DNA of 64,000 bases from an uncultured delta proteobacterium (GCA_963798485.1 CAWCTR010000032.1:18984-82983), one strand, 5' to 3'; positions 1-10,347 are shown, numbered from the stretch's first letter. Made by a program: numbers and translations. Notes: generated by a model not told the origin, from the letters alone.

Positions 1-1160
1 TGATGATTTTCATCATACCAGCTGCTTATCTGATCACTTTCGCAACTGGTCATATAAACGGCATTCCCTTTGGATATGGTAGGGTTGGAGACCTTGATCC
101 CGAAGGGACTCGCGCTGGCTATTAAATATTTTCCGGTACTGGATCCCCCGGAAAAGCATGCATCTAAAACTACGGTAACGTTCTTTGCTTTTAACTGAGC
201 GATGTTCTCATTAAATACATCCAATGAGTAGCCGCTCAGGGCAAATTTCAACGAATCACAGTCCGAAGGGACAAAATAACCTTTCAATGTATCGATATCA
301 GGGGCTCCATGCCCGCTGTAGTATATAAAAACATCTGACTTTTCCGGCTTAATCAAGTCATAGAGCTGGCCTTCATGATTTCCCTTGATACCGAAAATCT
401 GCTCAAACTCAGCCTTGGTCGCATCGAGCTTGACGATTATATTGCTCTCTTTGTAGCCTAACATTTTTACGAGATATTCTTTCATTACCTTGGCGTCATT
501 ATGTGCATATTTGACTTCAGGGATATCGTTGTTTTTGTATTTCCGGTTTCCGATCACGACGGCAATGGCATCAGGATTGTGCATGCCTGTCTGGGGTATA
601 TTCATGTCGATGTCTGCAACAAGCGGGATTTCCTCACTTGCCTGCGGGCTTGGCGTGCTCGCGACAACAGGGGTGGCAACAGGGGCTACCATATCAAAAG
701 AGTTATTCGCTATGCGGTCATTATCGTAATAAACATACACCGTCCATCTGCCGGGAATATCCTGGGCCTGTTCTCCCTTCACCGATATCTTGTGAGTTGC
801 CGTCAAATCCTCTACATATTTCCCTTCCGAAACGCTTATGGGATAATTATCCGAGGTGTCGTAGAGTTTGCCCTGGGGGTCATACCACTCCCACCTTAAA
901 TAATGAGAACCCGATACATTCTTCAGTTTGATGTATGAAATGACTTCCGAATCTTTGGGGGTGAATTTCACCATTGCGATACCAGGGGTAACCTGATCGC
1001 CGTATTGATATACCTCCTTCACAAGAAGCGATTTGTCCTACATAAACATCCGCCCTTTTAATTCCTGGTTTGATGAAGCGCATCCGCTGATAAGAAAGGT
1101 CAGGCTGAATAGGAAAACCAGGCAAAGGGGAAAAGTGGAATTATCTCTATATCTATACAT
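1..1160 (-). CDS. Caspase-family (peptidase C14) lipoprotein, runs off the window edge; in-frame TAG at 1038-1040 (possible pseudogene)
   Basis: Manual minus-strand translation: SD GGAGG, then MYRYRDNSTFPLCLVFLFSLTFLISGC (lipobox), TAG at codon 41, and the same frame continues to AVVIGNRKY...YAHNDA...FIYYSGHG...VVLDACFSG (His-Cys dyad motifs). Missing from the ORF track because there is no stop inside the window. Confidence 0.85.
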
Positions 1161-1271
1161 AGATACCTCCTCCGCCATTCAGCAAGTGTAATAAAATTAA
1201 GTGAATTTATATAATATCATAAACAAAATACATTATCAATCTGCCTTGCATTGTGTTCCTCCATATTACTA

Positions 1272-1298
1272 AGACAATTTTGCTATCAAAAAGTTCCC
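1272..1298 (-). promoter_or_regulatory. ECF sigma promoter P1 (upstream of caspase gene)
   Basis: GGGAACTT-N15-GTCT on the minus strand; same architecture as P2 and P3. Confidence 0.7.
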
Positions 1299-1345
1299 AG
1301 TGGTTGATTCGATATTCAGTGGGGCAACACCTTAATCAAATATTT

Positions 1346-2335
1346 TTATTGATCACCGATAGCGGTTTCTATCTTTACCGTTAAGATGTCTTGAGTGATT
1401 TCGCTTGGGATATTCTTGGCGTTCAGGTAGCCCAGCTTCTTGAGTTTCTCGATCAACGCAGTTAACTGCCGAGAGCCGATCTCAACCCGGTAGAGTTCTC
1501 TTTTCTCAAGTGACTGATAGCTGATTGTTTTCGCATTGAATTCTTTTAATACAGCTTCAACTTCCGGCGATGCCGCACTCAGGTCCCGAACAGTTAAAGC
1601 GATTTCAACAGGGGTGGTCATTGGTACTGCCGAACTTTTGTTTGCCGCCTCGGTGATCTGGGGCCCGGATCTCTGGGGAAGTGCGACGTCTCCCTTCTGC
1701 CCGTGGCCTGTCGTTAGAGTAGATGGCGATTTCTTGCTTCCCGCTCCTGCAGATGTTCCGGCCAGGTGACTCGATTCTTCAGAATTGGATTCTCCTTGCA
1801 CCGATGGTCCATGTGCGGATTTATCGGCTGATGGCTCTACCCCGGCTCTTTCATCCTGTTTCGTTCCAGAGTTACTGCCCGCTGGTTGTATTTTCCCTGG
1901 TCCAGTTAGAGTATTACTCCTCCCTTGTGGATTTGTGTGTTTTTCTGCATGGAAGAGGGGTATCTGATGCTCGATCTTGATAAGTTCTGGTTCGGGAAAA
2001 CTGATCCTGTAAAGGAATATCGCTATCACCGCCACCAGAGCAGAGGCAAGAACCTTAACCGGGACCCCGACAGTAAAGAAATCATGGATCTTATCGAAGA
2101 GATTCTTTTTCTGTGATTCCTGCTTAATCTGTGACATTATCTTCTGGGTGAACCATGGCGGTGGCTCGACCTCCCCGAGATTGTTTACCAGGACTACGGT
2201 CTGCCTGAGCTCTTTAAGCTTTTTGCTGCACAGGGTGCATGAAGCCAGGTGAGTTCTGATTGCATCCTTTTCTTCTTCACTGAGGGCATCATCGATGAAG
2301 CCTGTGAAGAGGTCTCTTATGTCGTCGCAGTTCAT
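1346..2335 (-). CDS. Zinc-finger (ZAS, zf-HC2) transmembrane anti-sigma factor
   Basis: MNCDDIRDLFTGFIDDAL...HLASCTLC motif, one TM helix, overlaps the stop of the ECF sigma gene. Confidence 0.85.
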   Translation of the reverse strand: MNCDDIRDLFTGFIDDALSEEEKDAIRTHLASCTLCSKKLKELRQTVVLVNNLGEVEPPPWFTQKIMSQIKQESQKKNLFDKIHDFFTVGVPVKVLASALVAVIAIFLYRISFPEPELIKIEHQIPLFHAEKHTNPQGRSNTLTGPGKIQPAGSNSGTKQDERAGVEPSADKSAHGPSVQGESNSEESSHLAGTSAGAGSKKSPSTLTTGHGQKGDVALPQRSGPQITEAANKSSAVPMTTPVEIALTVRDLSAASPEVEAVLKEFNAKTISYQSLEKRELYRVEIGSRQLTALIEKLKKLGYLNAKNIPSEITQDILTVKIETAIGDQ

Positions 2336-2997
2336 ATCATTATCTCTGCATGGTCTAAGACATCCATTAGACAGTCTTTTAAAGAATTCCTCGCCCTGAA
2401 GAGCCTCGACTTCACCGTCCCATCCGCAAGATTCAGCATAGATCCTATTTCTTCATAGGATAAGCCCTGCATGTCCCTTAAGATGACGACATCCTTGTGT
2501 TCGTCGTCGAGGGCGTTGATACAGTCCTGAACCTTTCTCTCAAGTTCTCTCTTCTCCAGTCTTTCATGAGCGGAACAATCTTCTGACGGGATCTCCATCA
2601 GCGTGCTCCCGTCCTCGGTTTCCACAGGGGCGTCAAGAAAGATACATTCATGGCAGCTGCGGGTATTTTTCTGTTTCAACTTGTTCCGAGAATGATTGAT
2701 GACTATAGTGGTGATCCAGGTCGAAAAGGCCGCATCGCCCCGGAAATTTGCAAGCGCCTTATATGCAGAGAGGAAGGACTCCTGAACGACCTCACAGGCG
2801 TCTTCATAGTCATCCAGCATCCGGTATGCAATGTTCAGCATTCTCTTTTGATACCTCTCAACAAGCAACTGAAAGGCATCCAAGTTGCCTTTTCTACATT
2901 GTGCGACGGAGGCAAGATCATCGTCCCGGACACTCGGGTTACTGGGAGAACCGCGAGGGTAGTTTCCCTTGATAGGCCCTTTTTCCGTAAAGTCCAC
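2332..2997 (-). CDS. ECF RNA polymerase sigma-70 factor
   Basis: Region 2 (DACEVVQESFLSAYKALANFRGDAAFSTW) and region 4 (GLSYEEIG...GTVKSRLFRAR). Confidence 0.93.
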   Translation of the reverse strand: MDFTEKGPIKGNYPRGSPSNPSVRDDDLASVAQCRKGNLDAFQLLVERYQKRMLNIAYRMLDDYEDACEVVQESFLSAYKALANFRGDAAFSTWITTIVINHSRNKLKQKNTRSCHECIFLDAPVETEDGSTLMEIPSEDCSAHERLEKRELERKVQDCINALDDEHKDVVILRDMQGLSYEEIGSMLNLADGTVKSRLFRARNSLKDCLMDVLDHAEIMI

Positions 2998-3120
2998 AAA
3001 ACGATAACAGCGAACAATTTGAATTCTGTCAAGAATGAATGTTCATTGCTAAGGAGTTTATGAGTATGTATCATGGGCTTTTGTAGTATAAAATGATAAG
3101 ATAAATTGTGCCTTATAGGT

Positions 3121-3255
3121 TCAGATTAATGGGCATGACGCGATTACTTCACTAGTGGTTATAAGAGAAAATATTGCGACAAGGATCATTATCCTGAATG
3201 AAGAGCTTATCATCTTCTTCTTCAGATACGGGATCGGAATGGCCCTGTTATTCAT
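3121..3255 (-). CDS. 44-aa small ORF with hydrophobic segment, first ORF after promoter P2
   Basis: SD GGAGGAG, then MNNRAIPIPYLKKKMISSSFRIMILVAIFSLITTSEVIASCPLI*. Confidence 0.45.
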   Translation of the reverse strand: MNNRAIPIPYLKKKMISSSFRIMILVAIFSLITTSEVIASCPLI

Positions 3256-3290
3256 ATACTTTCTCCTCCAGCTTCTCTTTATGCTTTTTT

Positions 3291-3317
3291 AGACAAGGCT
3301 CTAGAGAAAAAGTTCCC
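3291..3317 (-). promoter_or_regulatory. ECF sigma promoter P2 (autoregulatory)
   Basis: GGGAACTT-N15-GTCTAA on the minus strand, upstream of the small ORF, sigma and anti-sigma. Confidence 0.7.
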
Positions 3318-3387
3318 GTGATCGATTGAAGTAATATCCCACTCCTTGTGTTATAAGGTATATATTCGAGATGTGAAAAATAACTGC

Positions 3388-3414
3388 GGGAACTTTTTTC
3401 ATATTTGATTGTCA
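3388..3414 (+). promoter_or_regulatory. ECF sigma promoter P3
   Basis: GGGAACTT-N15-GTCA, about 50 bp upstream of the lipoprotein ATG at 3462. Confidence 0.7.
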
Positions 3415-3461
3415 TATTCAACATGACTCAAATGAGAATATCAGACGGGGAGGATCTAATC

Positions 3462-4073
3462 ATGAAGGTAGAAAGGCTTCTTATCGTTGTACTGGCAGCA
3501 GTGTTCTTCATCGGTTTTATATTTGCTGCAGGTTGCGCAAAGAGGGTCGGCCCGCCGGAGATCAACACCATGATCGGCCAGGAAATGGATGGTGCTCCGG
3601 ACTGGGTTAAGGGCAAAGGTTGCACGACTAAGAAGGCTGACAAGACCATATGCGCAGTGGGCTCCATAGGCGGTACCCGAAATATTTCTCTGGCTCGCGA
3701 GGCAGCTATAGAGCGAGCAAGAGTTCAGATGGCAAGGACCCTTCAGGATAAGGTTATGGCCATGCTGAAGAGCTATCAGGCCACAACGACGGGGGGGCAG
3801 GAATTCGGTACATCAGCGGCTGATGAGCAGCATGTGAGAGATGTATCAAAAACTATAACAGACATGACGCTTTCGGGAACCGAGATGAGGGATTCGTGGG
3901 TAAGCAAGACAGGCACTTATTATGCGCTGGTCGAGCTCGATGTCGATAAATTCAAGGATACGGTCAACAAGATTCAGAACCTCTCTGAATCAGTCCGCAA
4001 GGCCGTTATAGAGCGGGCTGACAAGGCCTTCGAGGAACTCGATAATGAGATAGACAAACAGGAGAGCAAGTGA
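3462..4073 (+). CDS. LPP20-like lipoprotein
   Basis: SD GGGGAGGA; lipobox AAGC; APDWV...AVGS...AREAAIERARVQMA...YYALVELD pattern. Confidence 0.75.
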   Translation: MKVERLLIVVLAAVFFIGFIFAAGCAKRVGPPEINTMIGQEMDGAPDWVKGKGCTTKKADKTICAVGSIGGTRNISLAREAAIERARVQMARTLQDKVMAMLKSYQATTTGGQEFGTSAADEQHVRDVSKTITDMTLSGTEMRDSWVSKTGTYYALVELDVDKFKDTVNKIQNLSESVRKAVIERADKAFEELDNEIDKQESK

Positions 4074-4108
4074 TCGACTCCGTGTAATTTATTAAGAGGA
4101 GAACTGCC

Positions 4109-5182
4109 ATGAGGAACTACCTTGCATTTCTGCTTATCTGTCTGCTGGTCCCGACGCTGATGCAGGCCTCAGATTTTGTGCCAAGAGATATCTATAAAAA
4201 GGCCGCTGCATCGGTCGTGTTCATATCCGGATTCAACGAAGGGAAGGCCATCGGCAGTGCAGGCAGCGGATCCATTATCACTCCTGACGGCCTGGTCTTG
4301 ACAAACAATCATGTCATAACCGATTCCACGAAGAACAAGACGTATGATGATCTCGTCATTTGTCTAAAACCAACGCAGCTCACCGGGGACGAAACTAAGG
4401 ATTTAGGCGAACGTTATAACGCTGAGGTTATTGCAAGAAGTGTTGATCTCGATCTTGCCGTCCTGAAGATAAAAGGCGTCAAAAAGGAACTCTGTGTATT
4501 ACCGATAGGAGACGCAGGGAAGATTGTAACCGGAGATCAGGTAGCTGCGATCGGGCATCCGGAAGGCGGAGGATTGTGGATACTCACAACGGGAACGATA
4601 TCGGGCACTAAGATAATAGGCGATAAAGATACCTTCCAAACAGAAGCGAGCACGAACCGGGGTAATTCAGGAGGTCCATTGCTCAACAACAGGAGTACTC
4701 TTATCGGCATCAATACCTGCATGGTGCGCAAGGCAGATGATGGACTTGCCATTGTAGGGGTGAATTTTGCGATTAAGAGCACACAAGTAAAAAAATGGCT
4801 CAATGAGAACGGGATAAAAGTGGCGACAGCATCTACACCGGAAGAATCGGAACCACTTAAGGTGCAACCTGCTCAACCCCAACCCCCAAACGTGCAGCCC
4901 GTTCAAGCTAAGCCGCCAAAGGAATTGGAGATTAAACCTCCAGTTGAAAAAAAACATAAATCTTCTCCTGTCCAACCTTCAATGGACAGCAACCAGAAAG
5001 ATGAGCCACTGGACAATGATTTCACGGAATTCAAAGGGGTAGACGGACAGATCATGTACGGCATACCGGACAGCAATTTCAATCTGGACAGGGCTACCAG
5101 GATACTTTACGAAAAGACAAAGAAGAATGCAGAAAAATCTTTTAAAGAACTTGATGATCTTGAAAAGGAAATTAATAATTAA
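4109..5182 (+). CDS. Secreted trypsin-like serine protease (HtrA-like, no PDZ domain)
   Basis: Signal peptide; triad motifs TNNHV, DLAVL, GNSGG; Pro/Gln-rich linker. Confidence 0.88.
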   Translation: MRNYLAFLLICLLVPTLMQASDFVPRDIYKKAAASVVFISGFNEGKAIGSAGSGSIITPDGLVLTNNHVITDSTKNKTYDDLVICLKPTQLTGDETKDLGERYNAEVIARSVDLDLAVLKIKGVKKELCVLPIGDAGKIVTGDQVAAIGHPEGGGLWILTTGTISGTKIIGDKDTFQTEASTNRGNSGGPLLNNRSTLIGINTCMVRKADDGLAIVGVNFAIKSTQVKKWLNENGIKVATASTPEESEPLKVQPAQPQPPNVQPVQAKPPKELEIKPPVEKKHKSSPVQPSMDSNQKDEPLDNDFTEFKGVDGQIMYGIPDSNFNLDRATRILYEKTKKNAEKSFKELDDLEKEINN

Positions 5183-5205
5183 ACAATCAACATGTTACAA
5201 TATCA

Positions 5206-5763
5206 ATGGGGGAATCTCTCAATGGAAATAATAGTGACCCTAATACAGTAGACCGCCTTTCACATCCCAGAATAGATCGTTCGGCCAAAGAAATTGTTCA
5301 GGATATTGTGAAAGCTGAACTTATAAGAAATGGATATACCCTTGGAGATAGCATTGACATAATGAGTGCTGAAGTATATTTTTATAATACTTCTGCAATA
5401 GAATCATCAGTAACCCTCACATTGAGGAACAGCATCAGCAATGAGATAATGTTTCAACGATCCTATCGTAGACATTATTTGTGGAAAGATGAATTGATTC
5501 CATCTGTCCAAAGCTTTGCGGCAGACTTTGTTGGGAATATACCTGCGCTCGAGTTAGCAGAAAATCAAGGCCCATCAGCCCCGACCCATACTATCCCCAC
5601 GATCAGTTCTGATCAGCAACCGGACAGAACCAGCCCGATATCCGCAGAGTCGCTGAAGGAGTACCCTACTGGGCCAAACGACTTCATCAAGGCCGAAAAC
5701 AAACCCCTACTATTCAGGGTAGTTATTTGTCTAAGGTGTTTATACAATACTAAAGCCTCATAA
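5206..5763 (+). CDS. Hypothetical protein (possibly degraded)
   Basis: 185-aa AT-rich ORF, co-oriented with the protease, no recognised motif. Confidence 0.4.
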   Translation: MGESLNGNNSDPNTVDRLSHPRIDRSAKEIVQDIVKAELIRNGYTLGDSIDIMSAEVYFYNTSAIESSVTLTLRNSISNEIMFQRSYRRHYLWKDELIPSVQSFAADFVGNIPALELAENQGPSAPTHTIPTISSDQQPDRTSPISAESLKEYPTGPNDFIKAENKPLLFRVVICLRCLYNTKAS

Positions 5764-5950
5764 TAGAGATAACTGGACAATCAACCTCATCATTTGGTCA
5801 GATATCAGCTGACGCACTTTAGGTTCTTATATACAATACAACGCCATCCTCTTTATTCAGTTGGGCTTGGCTACGCCCTTTCAACCTACATCCTTGACGG
5901 GGAGCGCCTCTTCTATTAGAGATGAGGGGACATTTTCATAAGGAGAAACC

Positions 5951-7870
5951 ATGGCCCAGACCCTGACCGCCAAGATCATTGCAAGCCACCTCGTGGAGGC
6001 CACCGATACGGAATATGCCCTGAAGATCGACCAGACCCTCACCCAGGACGCAACGGGGACCATGGCATATCTCGAGTTCGAGGCCATCGGGCTTGAGCGT
6101 GTCAAGACAGAGCTCTCGGTAAGCTATGTGGACCATAACACCCTCCAGACCGGCTTCGAAAATGCCGACGACCACCGTTTTCTCCAGGACGTGGCCAACA
6201 AATATGGGATATACTTTTCAAGACCGGGCAACGGCATCTGCCATCAGGTGCACCTTGAACGCTTCAGCGCCCCGGGCAAGACACTGCTGGGCTCTGACAG
6301 CCATACGCCCACTGGAGGCGGAATCGGGATGCTGGCTATCGGTGCAGGCGGGCTGGATATTGCTGCGGCCATGGCAGGCATGCCCTTTAACATCCCAAGG
6401 CCCAAGGTCGTTGGCATTCTTCTGGATGCAAATCTCGAACCCTGGGTCAGCGCCAAGGACATCATCCTGGAGATCCTGCGCAGGCTCACCGTCAAGGGAG
6501 GCGTGGGCAGGATATTCGAGTATTACGGCCCCGGCGTGAAGACATTGAGCGTCCCGGAGCGCGCCACCATAACCAATATGGGGGCAGAGCTGGGCGCCAC
6601 CACCTCCATCTTCCCCAGCGATGAGGTGACTCGTGCATTCCTGAAGGCCCAGGGCCGCGAGGAGGCCTGGATCGAACTCGAGGCCGATGAAGGGGCTATC
6701 TATGACGGGACCATGGAGATCGACCTTTCGAAGATCGAGCCCCTTGCCGCATGCCCCCACAGCCCTGACAACATAAGGACAATACGGGAGCTCGTTGGTA
6801 AAAAGGTGGACCAGGTGCTTATCGGGTCATGCACAAACTCGTCATTGAAAGACCTCATGACCGTGGCTGCCGTCCTCAAGGGTAAAAAGATCCACCCGGA
6901 CGTGAGCCTTGCCATTGCGCCGGGCTCCCGCCAGGTCATGGAGATGCTTGCGGCAAACGGGGGGCTTAAAGACATTATCGCCTCCGGTGCGAGGATACTG
7001 GAGACGGCATGCGGTCCGTGCATCGGGATGGGTCAGGCCCCTTCCACCGGCGCCGTGTCCGTGCGTACCTTCAACCGCAACTTCAAAGGCCGCTCAGGAA
7101 CGGAAGATGCCGAGGTCTATCTTGCATCCCCTGAGGTTGCAGTTGCATGCGCACTTAACGGGAGTTTTACCAGCCCGAGGGAACTGGGCGCATACCCCGT
7201 AATAACGTTGCCCGGGTCTTTCCACATTGATGACTCCATGATCATAAGGCCCGTGAAAAAACCCGTAACCACTGAAGTCCGCAGGGGCCCAAACATCCGC
7301 CCCCTGCCCAAGCGCGGACCTATGGAGGACACCCTGGAACTTTCGGCCGTCCTGAAGCTCAAGGACAACATCACCACCGATGACATCATGCCGGCGGGCT
7401 CCAAGATCCTGCCTCTACGCTCCAATATCGACGCCATCTCGCGCTATGTGTTCTCCGGTATAGACAAGGACTTTGCAGAACATGCAAAGTCCGCCGGCGC
7501 CGGGTGCATACTGGCAGGTGATAACTACGGCCAGGGCTCTTCCCGGGAGCATGCGGCGCTTGCCCCCATGCACCTGGGCATAAAGGCCGTGTTTGCCAAA
7601 TCCTTTGCGCGCATCCACAGATCGAACCTCATCAACTTCGGGATCCTGCCCATCCGGATCGATGAAGATGGATATACTGAGATCGAAAAGGGCACCGTGG
7701 TGTCAATAAAGAACATCCATGCAGCCCTCGCAAAATCGTCACCCATAGAGGTATCCATTCTAAATGCTGACAAGCACCTGAACTGCACCCTGGCCCTTTC
7801 CGAGCGCGAGAGCGAGATCCTGAAAGTTGGCGGGCTGCTCAACTTTATCAATAGAAAGGTACGAGACTGA
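5951..7870 (+). CDS. Aconitate hydratase (short ~640-aa type)
   Basis: DHN, GICHQV, DSHT, IGSCTN, CGPCIG, TTDDI and YGQGSSREHA motifs. Confidence 0.93.
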   Translation: MAQTLTAKIIASHLVEATDTEYALKIDQTLTQDATGTMAYLEFEAIGLERVKTELSVSYVDHNTLQTGFENADDHRFLQDVANKYGIYFSRPGNGICHQVHLERFSAPGKTLLGSDSHTPTGGGIGMLAIGAGGLDIAAAMAGMPFNIPRPKVVGILLDANLEPWVSAKDIILEILRRLTVKGGVGRIFEYYGPGVKTLSVPERATITNMGAELGATTSIFPSDEVTRAFLKAQGREEAWIELEADEGAIYDGTMEIDLSKIEPLAACPHSPDNIRTIRELVGKKVDQVLIGSCTNSSLKDLMTVAAVLKGKKIHPDVSLAIAPGSRQVMEMLAANGGLKDIIASGARILETACGPCIGMGQAPSTGAVSVRTFNRNFKGRSGTEDAEVYLASPEVAVACALNGSFTSPRELGAYPVITLPGSFHIDDSMIIRPVKKPVTTEVRRGPNIRPLPKRGPMEDTLELSAVLKLKDNITTDDIMPAGSKILPLRSNIDAISRYVFSGIDKDFAEHAKSAGAGCILAGDNYGQGSSREHAALAPMHLGIKAVFAKSFARIHRSNLINFGILPIRIDEDGYTEIEKGTVVSIKNIHAALAKSSPIEVSILNADKHLNCTLALSERESEILKVGGLLNFINRKVRD

Positions 7871-7871
7871 T

Positions 7872-9272
7872 ATGTCCCAAGAGATACGAACTCGATTTGC
7901 ACCATCGCCCACAGGCCAGCTCCACATCGGCGGGGTCCGGACAGCGCTGTTCTCATGGCTCCATGCCAGGCACTTCGTAGGGAAGTTCATCCTGCGGATA
8001 GAAGACACGGATGCCGAGCGCTCAACCGATGATAACACCAAGCAGATCCTGGCATCCATGGAATGGCTCGGCCTGGACTGGGATGAAGGCCCCTTCTTCC
8101 AGTCAGACCGGCTCGATATCTACAAGTCATATATCCTGAAGCTCGTTGAGGAAGGCAAGGCCTACTGGTGTGACTGCACACCGGACAACCTGGAAAAGAA
8201 GCGCAGCCAGGCCCTTGCAGAAGGGAAAAAGCCGAAATATGACGGCACGTGCAGAAGCAAGGGCCTTGGCCCCGGCCCGGGCAGGGTGGTGCGCTTCCTC
8301 ATGCCCGATACGGGTGTCACCTCCTTCGATGACATGATCAAGGGCAGGATCTCTATGGAGAACGCCGAGTTGGATGACCTCATATTGCTCCGTTCCGATG
8401 ACATGCCGACCTATAACCTCACCGTGGTCATCGATGATGCCACCATGAACATGACCCATGTCATAAGGGGGGATGACCATGTGAACAACACCCCCCGACA
8501 GGTGAAGATCTATGAGGCCCTTGGGTTCGAGCTGCCCCTGTTTGCCCATGTCCCCATGATCTTAGGGCCGGACAAGACCAAGCTTTCCAAGAGGCACGGC
8601 GCCACCTCCGCAATGGCATACCAGGAAATGGGATACCTTCCTGAAGCGCTTGTGAACTACCTTGTCAGGCTTTCATGGTCACACGGAGACCAGGAGATCT
8701 TCACCCTTGACGAGCTCAAAGAGTATTTCGATATCCACGACGTGGGAAGGGCTGCCGCCGTATTCAACCCTGAAAAACTCCTGTGGCTCAACCACCACTA
8801 TATCAAGACCGGCGATCCGGAGAGGCTTGCCGGGCTCGTCGCGGATTTCATCACGAGAAAAGGCTATCAGCTGCCGGAAAAGGATTATATCAAAAACGTG
8901 GTCATTGACGTGAGGGAACGCACCAAGACCGTCGAAGAGATTGTGGACTTCGGGGGCTTCTACTTCCACGACATAGACCCCATGGATGATCTCAAGAAGC
9001 AGTTCTATACCCCGGATATCGCCCCGGTATTCAAGGCCATCAAAGGGCGTTTCGAGCAGATAGATCCGTGGGACAAGGAACATATGGAAGACGCCGTAAA
9101 GGCAATCCTTGAGGAATTCAACCTGAAATTCAAGACTATCGCACAGCCCATAAGGGTTGCATTGACCGGCAGGACGGTTTCTCCCGGCCTGTTCGAGATA
9201 ATGCTGACCCTCGGCAAGGGCCTGGTCCTTTCCAGGCTTGAAAAGGCCCTTTCCTTTATAACCAGCTTGTGA
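7872..9272 (+). CDS. gltX: Glutamate--tRNA ligase
   Basis: RTRFAPSPTG, HIGG, KLSKR; ATG 1 nt after the aconitase stop. Confidence 0.96.
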   Translation: MSQEIRTRFAPSPTGQLHIGGVRTALFSWLHARHFVGKFILRIEDTDAERSTDDNTKQILASMEWLGLDWDEGPFFQSDRLDIYKSYILKLVEEGKAYWCDCTPDNLEKKRSQALAEGKKPKYDGTCRSKGLGPGPGRVVRFLMPDTGVTSFDDMIKGRISMENAELDDLILLRSDDMPTYNLTVVIDDATMNMTHVIRGDDHVNNTPRQVKIYEALGFELPLFAHVPMILGPDKTKLSKRHGATSAMAYQEMGYLPEALVNYLVRLSWSHGDQEIFTLDELKEYFDIHDVGRAAAVFNPEKLLWLNHHYIKTGDPERLAGLVADFITRKGYQLPEKDYIKNVVIDVRERTKTVEEIVDFGGFYFHDIDPMDDLKKQFYTPDIAPVFKAIKGRFEQIDPWDKEHMEDAVKAILEEFNLKFKTIAQPIRVALTGRTVSPGLFEIMLTLGKGLVLSRLEKALSFITSL

Positions 9273-9368
9273 TGTTCATTAACCTTCTCCTGATTAGTCT
9301 GTCACGCCGACGGTCTTGGTTGCTTATCAAGGTACGAAGTTACTTCACCCATGAGAAATTTGAGGGAG

Positions 9369-9403
9369 CAGGCCGCATCCAACAATATGCCGGATGCGGC
9401 CTG
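9369..9403. repeat. 12-bp perfect hairpin downstream of gltX
   Basis: CAGGCCGCATCC-N11-GGATGCGGCCTG; no U-tract, so not a classic intrinsic terminator. Confidence 0.5.
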
Positions 9404-9753
9404 AGGAGGAATAGGATATGACTATCCTAAGGGTTCTTTATGTAAGCCGTAATTCTTTTCGCCCAGTGTATCGGGGGGCCATCCCTTGTATCAGCCACGC
9501 TCAAGGGCGAATAAACTTTATCTATTCAAGAGTTATGCCAAAGTATAGTATTGTTTATTTTTATAATGTTATTAGGCTATTATCTATAATTCAATTAATC
9601 CGGACCTCCTGTTATCCCCCTATTATTATGTAAATATTTTCTTATTTTTTCCCAATATTTGGGAATTCTTTTGCCTGATGTAGAAACAATGTTGGGGTTG
9701 CCTCTTGCGCACGAAAAGTAATATTCTTAAGAAAACAATAGAGGAGGCCTTCC

Positions 9754-10347
9754 GTGTCTGAGCATACTCCCACTCGCAAAGAGGCCCTTGCCCTGCTCCA
9801 TTCCTACAACCGGACGGATAACCTGCGCATCCACGCCTATTGTGTGGAAGCGGTTATGCGCTACATCGCCCGGAAAAGAGGGCAGGATGAGGAAAAGTGG
9901 GGTGTCATCGGCTTGATCCATGACCTCGACTATGAGCAGTTCCCGGAGCAGCACTGCACCAAGACCAGGCAGATCCTTGAGGAGAACGGCTGGCCTGAAG
10001 AATATATTCGGGCAGTAGTCTCCCACGGGTGGGGTATCTGCTCGGAAGCAAAACCTCTCAGCGACCTGGAAAAGACACTCTATACCATAGATGAGCTCAC
10101 AGGGCTTGTTGCTGCAAGCGCCTTAGTAAGGCCTTCCAAGAGTGTGCTTGACCTCTCCGTGAGTTCGGTGAAGAAGAAGTGGAAGTCGAGCGCATTCGCC
10201 GCAGGGGTGAACCGGTCGATCATAACCAACGGTGCTCAAATGCTTGGTCTTACGGTAGACCAGCTCATTGAGGACACTATCATGGGCATGCGCGAGGTGG
10301 CCGAGGCAATCGGCCTGAAGGGAGAACCCCAGGGTTCACCATCATAA
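9754..10347 (+). CDS. HD/HDIG-domain hydrolase
   Basis: H..VEAVM...GLIHDLDYE...HG...DELTGL. Confidence 0.88.
   Translation: MSEHTPTRKEALALLHSYNRTDNLRIHAYCVEAVMRYIARKRGQDEEKWGVIGLIHDLDYEQFPEQHCTKTRQILEENGWPEEYIRAVVSHGWGICSEAKPLSDLEKTLYTIDELTGLVAASALVRPSKSVLDLSVSSVKKKWKSSAFAAGVNRSIITNGAQMLGLTVDQLIEDTIMGMREVAEAIGLKGEPQGSPS

Noticed and set aside
3058-3123. UGA readthrough of the 44-aa ORF (CPLI-UGA)
   Set aside because: No stable hairpin follows and the extension is unrecognisable
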